Assembly: GCA_021776685.1 (NCBI GenBank)
Contig: JAJFFJ010000003.1
Location: 15,041-39,040 of the forward strand
Origin: Alphaproteobacteria bacterium
GTDB lineage: Bacteria; Pseudomonadota; Alphaproteobacteria; Bin65
Length of the DNA stretch: 24,000 nucleotides
Direction of reading: 5' to 3'
Shown here: piece after piece, positions 9,263-16,569 of the stretch
Position numbering within the stretch: the first letter of the stretch is position 1
How the letters are laid out: each line of letters starts with the position of its first letter
The notes under the pieces: model-generated
Databases searched by the model: none
Told to the model about the DNA's origin: nothing
What the model saw: the letters and a program-made list of their open reading frames with translations, nothing else
Position numbers and translations under genes: made by a program

Positions 9263-10162
9263 TCAGCCTTCTACTGCCTGGCCGCGGCTTGCCATCCAGG
9301 CGCCGCAACAGGCTTTTGAAAGAGTCCGCACCCGCAGGATGAAGGACTGACGCTCTGTCACGCTGATCACACCGCGCGCATCGAGCAGATTAAAAAGATG
9401 GCTGGCCTTAAGACATTGATCGTAGGCCGGCAGCGGCAGGCTTTGTTCCACCAGCGCGGCGCATTCGGTTTCGGCATCGGCGAACCGGTTTAGCAGTTGC
9501 CCGGTATCCGCATGTTCAAAGTTGTAGGCAGAGAATTCCTGCTCAGCCTGTTTATAGACGTCGCCATAGGTAACGCCGCCGGCATCAGGCGGCAGACCGT
9601 TCCAGTCCAGATCGTAAACGTTTTCAACACCCTGGATGTACATAGCCAGACGCTCGAGACCGTATGTGATCTCAGCTGACACGGGATTGCAGTCAAAGCC
9701 GCCCACCTGCTGAAAATATGTGAACTGGGTGACCTCCATGCCGTCGCACCAGACCTCCCAGCCCAAACCCCAGGCGCCCAGCGTAGGACTTTCCCAATCA
9801 TCTTCGACAAATCGAATATCGTGCGCGAGTGGATCGATCCCCAGTTCGCGCAGGCTGGCAATATAGAGGTCCTGCACGTCATCCGGCGACGGCTTCAGCA
9901 AAACCTGGAATTGGTAATAGTGCTGTAGCCTGTTGGGATTCTCGCCATAGCGTCCATCTGTCGGCCGCCGCGACGGTTGGACATAGGCAACATTCCAGGG
10001 ATCGGGCCCCAAAGACCGGAGAGTTGTGGCCCAGTGAAATGTGCCGGCGCCTACTTCCATATCATAGGGTTGGAGCACCACGCAGCCACGCGCAGCCCAA
10101 AACGCCTGAAGCTTCAGAATCAGACTCTGGAAGCTGAAATCCGGGGATGCCTGTCGTGCCAT
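9263..10162 (-). CDS. glyQ: Glycine--tRNA ligase alpha subunit
   Basis: [33 protein letters not shown]...[28 protein letters not shown] is near-identical in pattern to E. coli GlyQ. The ATG at 10162 gives ~299 aa. The track start (GTG 10204) adds a non-conserved Cys-rich extension. Confidence 0.92.
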   Translation of the reverse strand: MARQASPDFSFQSLILKLQAFWAARGCVVLQPYDMEVGAGTFHWATTLRSLGPDPWNVAYVQPSRRPTDGRYGENPNRLQHYYQFQVLLKPSPDDVQDLYIASLRELGIDPLAHDIRFVEDDWESPTLGAWGLGWEVWCDGMEVTQFTYFQQVGGFDCNPVSAEITYGLERLAMYIQGVENVYDLDWNGLPPDAGGVTYGDVYKQAEQEFSAYNFEHADTGQLLNRFADAETECAALVEQSLPLPAYDQCLKASHLFNLLDARGVISVTERQSFILRVRTLSKACCGAWMASRGQAVEG

Positions 10163-10182
10163 ACAGTGGCGCCCACAATCAC

Positions 10183-10208
10183 AAAAAATGGGCGACGTGT
10201 GCACCCAT
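10183..10208 (-). terminator. Terminator-like hairpin plus T-tract about 20 nt upstream of the glyQ ATG (function uncertain)
   Basis: The minus strand reads ATGGGTG-CACACGT-CGCCCAT followed by TTTTT(T)GT: a 7-bp stem (one G.U), a 7-nt loop and a T-run. It lies 150 nt downstream of the S49 peptidase stop. Confidence 0.3.
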
Positions 10209-10356
10209 CCGGGAGATAACCGGCGAGAACCATAGACAGCCCAATTCTACCCGGTCAAGGCGACCCGATGACCTGTCTCATTCCTGCCTGCGCGAGGCGT
10301 TGAAGACAGCGGCGGGCGCCAATCCATGCGGGCCACTATTCGCCCGGTTCACGGAT

Positions 10357-11217
10357 CTAAAGCCCAAATCTCGACCAGTAGGCCCGCTCTTCCGCTGCGG
10401 CTACCAATCCGGCGCCCGCGCCAAACCCAATGGTCTCGCCCGCAGACATCTCAGATGACACTCCCAGCCGGCGTTTCAGCCAGCTTTTCCGCACCTGTAT
10501 GGTCTTCAATCTGACATTTCTGCCAAACCGGTCGCGAAGAACGGTCCGCATGTCGCTGATGCCGTCTACCAATCCGAGTTCCATAGCCTTCTTGCCGGTC
10601 CAAAATTCGCCAGAGAACAGATCTGTCCCACCATTCTGAAGCCTTCGCCCCCGACGGCCCTTTACAAGATCCACGAAATTTTCGTGGATGTCCTGCTGGA
10701 TCGACCGCAAACGTGCCACATCCTCGGGGTCTTCTGGGAGGAATGGATCGAGAATGGATTTGCGCGTTCCTGCCGTGTAAACGCGTCGATCGATTCCCGC
10801 CTTCTCCAGCAATCCGACAAATCCAAATCCAGCGCTAATCACGCCGATGGAGCCGACGATCGAACTATCATTAGCGTAGATTTCATCCCCCGCGCAGGCC
10901 AACCAATAACCGCCCGACGCCGCCACATCCTCGATAAACACCAGGATCGGCACGTCTTTTTCTCGCGCAAGCGAGCGAATCCGCTGGTGAATGAGAGCAG
11001 ACTGTACTGGGGAGCCGCCCGGTGAGTTCACCGCCAGTGCAACCGCCTTCAGGCGCTTGTCAGAAAAAGCGCGATCAATGATCGGCGCCAGCGCCTGTAG
11101 GGTCATCCCTGAGCGAAGGGCGCCCATATGACCAATCACACCATTCAGGCGGATGACGGAAACGGTTGGCTTTCCAGATCTAAACATTGTGCGCGCGAAG
11201 TTGCCAAAGTTGCGCAA
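10357..11217 (-). CDS. S49-family serine peptidase (SppA/SohB-like)
   Basis: VNSPGGSPVQSALIHQRIRSL...VFIEDVAASGGYWLACAGDEIYANDSSIVGSIGV is the S49 core. The start is either TTG 11217 or ATG 11187. Confidence 0.8.
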   Translation of the reverse strand: MRNFGNFARTMFRSGKPTVSVIRLNGVIGHMGALRSGMTLQALAPIIDRAFSDKRLKAVALAVNSPGGSPVQSALIHQRIRSLAREKDVPILVFIEDVAASGGYWLACAGDEIYANDSSIVGSIGVISAGFGFVGLLEKAGIDRRVYTAGTRKSILDPFLPEDPEDVARLRSIQQDIHENFVDLVKGRRGRRLQNGGTDLFSGEFWTGKKAMELGLVDGISDMRTVLRDRFGRNVRLKTIQVRKSWLKRRLGVSSEMSAGETIGFGAGAGLVAAAEERAYWSRFGL

Positions 11218-11257
11218 AGATAGGCCTGCAACGAGCCGCCGCCAAGAGGTGACAGAA

Positions 11258-12007
11258 CTAGCTTGCTCGAAATTTAATGGCAGCCCCTCGCCTCAGAACA
11301 TCCTCCGCGGCAGCGGTAAATGCTCCATCCGCCTGATGGAGGGTCAAGCCGGGCAGAATGACAGATTCCGCACCGCTGCCTTTTCGCGCCTGGAGAAGAA
11401 ATCGCTTTGCCGGCGAACCCGATCGTTGCCAAACAGGAAACAGTCGCAATCCGCCAAATCTGGTTCCCAGTGATCGAAATAAGACGTCTACCCGCTCAGC
11501 CGAAAAAATCATGGACAAGCAACCATGGTGCCGAAGCGCCTTTGCAGCTGTCCTGATCCATAATTCCAAATCGTGATCGCTGAGCCTTAGCGCGTCGTTG
11601 CGGCCAGCGTCGGACGATCGCGTGCCTGTTTCAGCATCATAGAAGGGGGGATTCGACACCACCTGATCAAACTCACCTTCGGGTATTTGGCGGCTCTCAA
11701 GAAGATCAGCCTCCTCAATCGAAACACGGTCACCAAGCCCATTGGCGCTAATATTGGCGCGCGCCAGATCGGCCAGTTCCGGCGACTTTTCATAGCCGAC
11801 AATGCGAAACATTGGCTCCCGCCAAGCAAGGCAGAGTGAAACCGCGCCCGCGCCTACCCCAAAGTCCGTAATTTGCTCGCCGTTGGATGATTCTACGGCG
11901 GCCGCGAGAAGTACGGAGTCTATCGCTGTTCGATAGCCTCGTGAGGGCTGCTGAAGGACAATCTTGCCATCTAGCAATGAATCTTGCGTGACCTCTGGAT
12001 CATTCAT
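11258..12007 (-). CDS. SAM-dependent N6-adenine-type methyltransferase (tRNA m6A37 TrmN6/YfiC-like)
   Basis: SAM loop DFGVGAGAVSL and motif IV VVSNPPFY. I prefer ATG 12007 (MNDPEVTQDSLL...), which overlaps the DUF2007 stop in ATGAATGA. ATG 12031 and the track start 12061 cannot be excluded. Confidence 0.7.
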   Translation of the reverse strand: MNDPEVTQDSLLDGKIVLQQPSRGYRTAIDSVLLAAAVESSNGEQITDFGVGAGAVSLCLAWREPMFRIVGYEKSPELADLARANISANGLGDRVSIEEADLLESRQIPEGEFDQVVSNPPFYDAETGTRSSDAGRNDALRLSDHDLELWIRTAAKALRHHGCLSMIFSAERVDVLFRSLGTRFGGLRLFPVWQRSGSPAKRFLLQARKGSGAESVILPGLTLHQADGAFTAAAEDVLRRGAAIKFRAS

Positions 12008-12218
12008 CCGGCCGCAATTCTTCGGCTTCATCGAGCAGCCGCTTGGCGGTTGGCAGATCATCGTCGGCGACCATTATCCGGCGGGGGAAAATCCCAATAC
12101 TGCCTTCCATAATGCTGATCTGCTCATCGAAAACAAACATTTCGATACCCGCCTCCGCCAGCGCCGCCCGCAGCCAGGAGATGAATACAGGATTTGTCGT
12201 CTTGATGAGTTCCTTCAC
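12000..12218 (-). CDS. DUF2007-type small protein (putative signal-transducing, PII-like fold)
   Basis: 72-aa ORF MKELIKTTNPVFISWLRAALAEAGIEMFVFDEQ...VADDDLPTAKRLLDEA matches my memory of the DUF2007 pattern. GTG start with GGGGA 5 nt upstream. Confidence 0.6.
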   Translation of the reverse strand: MKELIKTTNPVFISWLRAALAEAGIEMFVFDEQISIMEGSIGIFPRRIMVADDDLPTAKRLLDEAEELRPDE

Positions 12219-12357
12219 GCGTCCCCGCTACACAATTTCGTGTGCGACCCTGCGCACCCTTGCGCGATTTTCGAACATTTGGGGTAGACTACACCAGTAG
12301 CGAGCACAATAGGGCTGCGCAGCGGTTTCGATTGCCGCGCGTCGCAAGCAGGCAAAT

Positions 12358-13398
12358 TTGAGGCAATCTACAGTAGTCCCGTTCGGTCCCGCCGCTGAGG
12401 CGCGAGATCGCCATTCAGACCCACCAAATCTGGACCGTCTGCAGGCGCTGGTCGATGCCGACCTTAAACTGGTGAATGTCCAGATCGTGCAGCGAATGGA
12501 CAGTTCTGTCGACCTGATCCCGCAGCTCGCCGGGCACATTGTTGCTGCGGGCGGCAAGCGGTTGCGCCCCATTCTCACTCTGGCCTCAGCGGCGCTGTGC
12601 AATTATGCAGGCGACCGGCATATCAGTCTGGCGGCTTGTGTCGAATTCATTCACACCGCAACACTGCTCCACGACGACGTGGTTGACGAGAGCGACCTGC
12701 GGCGTGGCCTGGCAACCGCAAACGCAGTGTGGGGCAATAAGGCCAGCGTCCTGGTTGGCGATTTCCTGTTCTCCCGGGCCTTCCAGATCATGGTCGAGGA
12801 TGGATCGCTCAGGGTGCTGAAGACACTGTCGGATGCATCTGCAAAGATTGCGGAGGGAGAGGTCCACCAGTTGGTTACCGCAAACGATACGGAAACCAGC
12901 GAATCGGCCTACCTCGATGTGATAAGCGCCAAGACGGCGGCATTGTTCCAGGCGGCCTGTCAGGTGGGCGCAATCGTCGCCGATCAGCCTAATGCGCAGG
13001 AAGAGGCTCTGGCCTCCTATGGCTTGAACCTGGGCATCGCTTTCCAGATCGCCGACGATGTGCTCGACTATTCCGCTGCCCAAGCGGAATTGGGCAAATC
13101 CATTGGCGACGATTTCCGCGACGGCAAGATTACCCTGCCGATCATCCTCGCATACCGGCGCGGTACCGACGAAGATCGCAGTTTTTGGCGCCGGACCATG
13201 GAACGCCAAGAACAGAATGACGAAGATCTGAAAATTGCGATTGAAATGCTGCAACGGCACAACGCCTTGGCCGATACAATTGAACGTGCCAGGCACTATG
13301 GCGCGATCGCCAGGGACAGTTTGGGGATCTTCCCTGACAGCGCCGCCAAACAGGCATTGATCGATGCTGTGGCATTCGCCATCGAGCGTCCCTATTAG
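12358..13398 (+). CDS. ispB: Polyprenyl (octaprenyl-type) diphosphate synthase
   Basis: AGGKRLRP, first DDxxD box LLHDDVVDESDLRRG and second box FQIADDVLDY. The start must be non-ATG: TTG at 12358, since the first ATG comes too late. Confidence 0.88.
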   Translation: MRQSTVVPFGPAAEARDRHSDPPNLDRLQALVDADLKLVNVQIVQRMDSSVDLIPQLAGHIVAAGGKRLRPILTLASAALCNYAGDRHISLAACVEFIHTATLLHDDVVDESDLRRGLATANAVWGNKASVLVGDFLFSRAFQIMVEDGSLRVLKTLSDASAKIAEGEVHQLVTANDTETSESAYLDVISAKTAALFQAACQVGAIVADQPNAQEEALASYGLNLGIAFQIADDVLDYSAAQAELGKSIGDDFRDGKITLPIILAYRRGTDEDRSFWRRTMERQEQNDEDLKIAIEMLQRHNALADTIERARHYGAIARDSLGIFPDSAAKQALIDAVAFAIERPY

Positions 13399-13427
13399 AC
13401 TCAATTGACGCGACCAGCTTGCGTGCC

Positions 13428-13456
13428 TTGTCAGGGATTCGGCGCATCGCTATATA
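13428..13456 (+). promoter_or_regulatory. Sigma70-like promoter for tRNA-Pro
   Basis: TTGTCA (13428..13433), 17-nt spacer, TATATA (13451..13456). The mature tRNA 5' end is 10 nt downstream. Confidence 0.5.
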
Positions 13457-13466
13457 GGCGTGCAGT

Positions 13467-13543
13467 CGGAGTGTAGCTCAGCCTGGTAGAGCACTGTCTT
13501 CGGGAGGCAGGGGCCGGTGGTTCGAATCCACTCACTCCGACCA
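13467..13543 (+). tRNA. tRNA-Pro (anticodon CGG), CCA encoded
   Basis: Hand-folded cloverleaf: acceptor CGGAGTG/CACTCCG, D-stem GCTC/GAGC, anticodon stem CTGTC/GGCAG with loop TTCGGGA (anticodon CGG), T-arm GGTGG-TTCGAAT-CCACT, discriminator A plus CCA. 77 nt. Confidence 0.9.
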
Positions 13544-13771
13544 ATTTTGGCCTGGTTTGTCTCGTTGGCCATCAGCAGGCCGGCCATCCCGGTCTGCCTA
13601 CTATTGCCCCTCACGGCGATTGGCTGCTGCGGGACGCCGGGGCCGATGTACTGGACCACCTGATCGCCCCCGGTGCGCCCATCAATTCCAACACCGCTTC
13701 GTCCCAGCCAGACGTCTTGGCACAGTTGACAATTGCCTCGGCACCAAATCCGACTGCCTTGCTTCAGGTTG

Positions 13772-13945
13772 TTCCAGGCCAAGGAACTTGTTGCTGAACC
13801 CCTCCTTGTTCAGGAGGGTTTCTTTCGAGCCCTCGAGAACGATCCGGCCGTTTTCGATGACATAGGCGTGCTGGACGAATTCCAGCGCTCAGTGGATGTT
13901 CTGCTCGGGCAGCGGCAGCATGTCGGTTTTTTCGACTTCTATCTT
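13772..13945 (-). pseudogene. LivF-like ABC ATPase, C-terminal remnant with an in-frame TGA
   Basis: The minus-strand frame reads ...DMLPLPEQNIH*ALEFVQHAYVIENGRIVLEGSKETLLNKEGFSNKFLGL. This resembles the LivF tail (..LLVEQN...ALE.AD.GYVLENGRIVLEG...YLG). The stop is at 13889..13891. No Walker A, signature or N-terminal half is present. Confidence 0.45.
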
Positions 13946-14002
13946 TTTGACCCGCTCATGATGTTCACGCCCCAGGAAACAGAGAATGCCAACCTTGCGG
14001 AT

Positions 14003-14697
14003 GAATTTCGCACGCAACAATCCGCCCGGCATGAAGCGGCCAATAAGCAGCACCATTCAGAAAATAGCGATTTGCAGGAACGGCAAATTGACGACGAGGA
14101 CCTGGTTGAGCGTCCCCAGGATCAGGACGCCGATAGGCGGGCCCCATAGCATGCCGGAGCCACCAAGCAGCGCCATGGCGACCGGTACCAGCGCGACGTC
14201 CATCCCGAAAACGGTTGGCGGGTCGATGTAACTAAGCTTCCAGCCTGATACAGCGCCTGCCAATGCCGGAATGCTGGCGCTGAGGGCCAGAACCCTCGCC
14301 TTGGCCGGGAAAATCCGGATGCTGCAAACTTCCGCTGCTTCCTCGTCGTTGCGGATTCCCTTAAGGGCGTATCCGAAACGGATCCGGCTACGAATCGCAG
14401 TGAGGATGATGGCTGCCACCACGATCCCGATGGTGACGTAATAGGCCTCGTAAAGGACATATACAGGCCGCAGGACCACGCCATCGGCACCTTTTGTGAA
14501 TTCGAAATTATGCGCCAGCAGTTCGAACAGTGGCAGCATCGCGAGTGTGGCAAAGGCGAAAGTCGCGGCATGGATCCAGTTCGCCCGCACACCGCAGATA
14601 GTCGCGCCCACATGGTCCTGGGTCATCGCCCAATATGACCTGTAGAATTGTGCCATGGCCATAATCGCCGCCCGCCACCGGCCTTTTTCGGGTCCCG
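14003..14697 (-). pseudogene. LivM-like branched-chain amino-acid ABC permease remnant (5'-truncated, internal TGA)
   Basis: ...IRSRIRFGYALKGIRNDEEAAEVCSIRIFPAKARVLALSASIPALAGAVSG...MALLGGSGMLWGPPIGV...IAIF*MVLLIGRFMPGGLL matches the middle and C-terminus of LivM (RS..GRAL.AIR.NE.AA, GG.G...G, ..P.GLL). The TGA at 14057..14059 sits where a Gly codon is expected. The N-terminal third is missing, and the fragment abuts the EamA stop. Confidence 0.55.
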
Positions 14698-15666
14698 TCA
14701 ATCTTTACGCCATGCTTCATGGGAATGGTGGTCATGACGGCCCTTTTCTACCCCGAGCGACGCAGTATCCGCTGGAGGCGTTTTGGCCGACATCCGGCTG
14801 CTGACGGCCAGTGCCCCCGCCAGGATCAGCGCCAAGCCAATATAGGCCTCGATCGGCAATCGTTCGCCCAATGCCACGGCGCCCAAGACCACCGCGACCA
14901 CCGGGAAGAACATCGGCACCAGCGAGCTACGGGAGGCGCCGATGCGGCGAATGACGACGAAGTAAAGGCTCATGGCAATCGCCGTGCAGAATACGCCGAC
15001 GACGAGTATAGCGCCGATCGCGCCAAGGCCCGGGTTCATGCTTAAGGGTGCTTCCACCGCGAACGCCAACGGCAACAGGATCATACCGCCAAAGATCATC
15101 TGGCCAGTGGCCATGGTAGGGGGCGTCAGGCTGGGCTGGGTCCGGGCATAGATCGCGCCCAAGGTGTGGCTCAAAGGCGCAAGAAAGGTGACGGCGATGC
15201 CGAGAATCTGGTCACTCGCGTTGGTCAGTACCGACGGACCGATCAACAGGATGATACCGGCCAAGCCGACCACGCCGCCGGCCAACCGTCGGCGAGTGAA
15301 GGACTCCTCTGCGAGAAACAAAGGCGCAAGCACGACCGCCAGGATCGGCATGGTGCCAAAGAGGATGCCGCCCATGCCGCTTTCGATATGTTGCTGGCCC
15401 CAGGAGATGGCGCCGAAAGGGATCGCACCTGTCAGCAGGCCGAGCCAGAAGAGCGCGATCCACCCATCCCGGGTGCGCGGCAGGCGCGCGCCGAATACGC
15501 GCATTAGCCCCCAGCAGATGGGCGCTGCGATCACCGTCCGAATCACGGCGGAAGTGATTGGCTCGATTTCCTGGATGGCGATGTTGATGAAAAGAAAGTT
15601 GCTACCAAGGAGCAGCGCCGTCGTCAGGAGCAAGGCCCAATCGGCCAGATTCATCGCACGATTCAT
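14698..15666 (-). CDS. EamA/DMT-superfamily transporter (10-TM drug/metabolite exporter type)
   Basis: 322-aa, very hydrophobic ORF with two EamA-like halves. ATG start with GGAGCG 7-8 nt upstream. Confidence 0.8.
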   Translation of the reverse strand: MNRAMNLADWALLLTTALLLGSNFLFINIAIQEIEPITSAVIRTVIAAPICWGLMRVFGARLPRTRDGWIALFWLGLLTGAIPFGAISWGQQHIESGMGGILFGTMPILAVVLAPLFLAEESFTRRRLAGGVVGLAGIILLIGPSVLTNASDQILGIAVTFLAPLSHTLGAIYARTQPSLTPPTMATGQMIFGGMILLPLAFAVEAPLSMNPGLGAIGAILVVGVFCTAIAMSLYFVVIRRIGASRSSLVPMFFPVVAVVLGAVALGERLPIEAYIGLALILAGALAVSSRMSAKTPPADTASLGVEKGRHDHHSHEAWRKD

Positions 15667-15738
15667 AGGGCTCGCTCCATCGAAGAGGGTATCAGGTCAA
15701 TTGCAATTTACAAGTAACAGACCATAACCACTTGCTCT

Positions 15739-15766
15739 TTGCAAGGAAACCCAATTCCAGTATGCT
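15739..15766 (+). promoter_or_regulatory. Candidate promoter for the HxlR gene (possibly a leaderless transcript)
   Basis: TTGCAA (15739..15744), 16-nt spacer, TATGCT (15761..15766). The ATG at 15773 is 7 nt downstream, with no convincing SD. The inverted repeat CTTGC-N5-GCAAG (15731..15745) overlaps the -35. Confidence 0.35.
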
Positions 15767-15772
15767 AAGAGC

Positions 15773-16189
15773 ATGATTTATGAGCCAAATGTCTGCCCCT
15801 TCCGGTATGGGCTGGGCGTATTCGGTGATCGCTGGTCGCTCCTGATCATCCGCGACATGATGTTTCGCGGGTTTAGGCGGTTTCATGACTTCATGGATTC
15901 TGGCGAAGGCATTTCATCCAACGTGTTGTCCGACCGGTTGAGCCGTCTCGAATCCCAAAATGTCATCAGTCGGAAAAAGGACCCGGAGGACGGGCGGCAG
16001 ATCCTTTACGAACTGACAGATCAGGGAAAAGACCTGGCCCCAGTCATGCTGACAATCATCGGTTGGGCTGAAAAATATGATCCGGAATCCAATATTTCCC
16101 ACGAATGGGCCGAGCGCATACGAACGGATTTATTCGAGGTCCAGAATGAAGTGCTGGCCGAGATGAAGACGTCAGGCGCGGGCGGCTAA
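15773..16189 (+). CDS. HxlR-family winged-helix transcriptional regulator
   Basis: CPFRYGLGVFGDRWSLLIIRDMMF.GFRRFHDF...ISSNVLSDRLSRLESQNVISRK...YELTDQGKDLAPVM is the HxlR pattern. It is divergent from the EamA gene. Confidence 0.85.
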   Translation: MIYEPNVCPFRYGLGVFGDRWSLLIIRDMMFRGFRRFHDFMDSGEGISSNVLSDRLSRLESQNVISRKKDPEDGRQILYELTDQGKDLAPVMLTIIGWAEKYDPESNISHEWAERIRTDLFEVQNEVLAEMKTSGAGG

Positions 16190-16444
16190 GACCCGCGCGG
16201 TCCCAATGCTTAGGATTTGCAGATGGCGCCGATGGCGTCCACTTGATTGCATCCTTCCTGCGGCATCAATCGTAGTGATGATCTCTCCTGGCAGCCGGCC
16301 GTGATTGCCTCCTAGTGTCCAACATCAAGGATGCGTTGGCCGGTCGACGAGAAAAGGGGGTGTTGTTCGGGGTAACGCAGATTGGTGCAGCGGTTGTGCC
16401 TTCCCAACTGACTGGGTTTTGGGTTATTTGAGAGAACCTCTGGT

Positions 16445-16489
16445 TTCGGGAGGCACGGGCCGGTGGTTGCAATCCACTCACTCCGACCA
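16445..16489 (+). repeat. Direct repeat of the tRNA-Pro 3' half (att-like scar; non-functional fragment)
   Basis: 16445..16489 TTCGGGAGGCACGGGCCGGTGGTTGCAATCCACTCACTCCGACCA versus 13499..13543 TTCGGGAGGCAGGGGCCGGTGGTTCGAATCCACTCACTCCGACCA: 42/45 identical, same orientation. No matching acceptor 5' strand or D-arm lies upstream. Confidence 0.85.
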
Positions 16490-16569
16490 GTTTCCTGCCA
16501 CGGTTGCGGCAATGATAGGATCATCGAAACCGCGTGGCCCGTCCCCGGTAACCCAATGATGATGCCTGA

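Noticed and set aside
10163-10356. A T-box or glycine-responsive riboswitch upstream of glyQS.
   Set aside because: I could not find a T-box consensus, a specifier-loop architecture or the glycine riboswitch core. T-box control of glyQS is a Firmicutes/Actinobacteria trait. Only a simple hairpin plus T-tract is visible, and it is reported separately.
13450-13782. Two minus-strand ORFs (13450..13782 and 16312..16524) share the peptide GRSEWI.TTGPCLPK, which hints at a repeated small protein.
   Set aside because: The shared peptide is the antisense translation of the tRNA-Pro gene and its 45-nt repeated fragment. The repeat is an RNA-gene/att feature, not a coding one.
13889-14059. The in-frame TGA codons in the liv-like frame might be selenocysteine or programmed read-through sites.
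   Set aside because: The surrounding gene lacks its N-terminal third, and livG and most of livF are absent. No SECIS-like hairpin follows either TGA. LivM and LivF are not known selenoproteins. Pseudogenisation is the simpler reading.
16176-16198. The hairpin GCGCGGG-N9-CCCGCGC spanning the hxlR stop codon might be a terminator.
   Set aside because: It has no following T-tract and lies partly inside the coding sequence. It is only a weak candidate.
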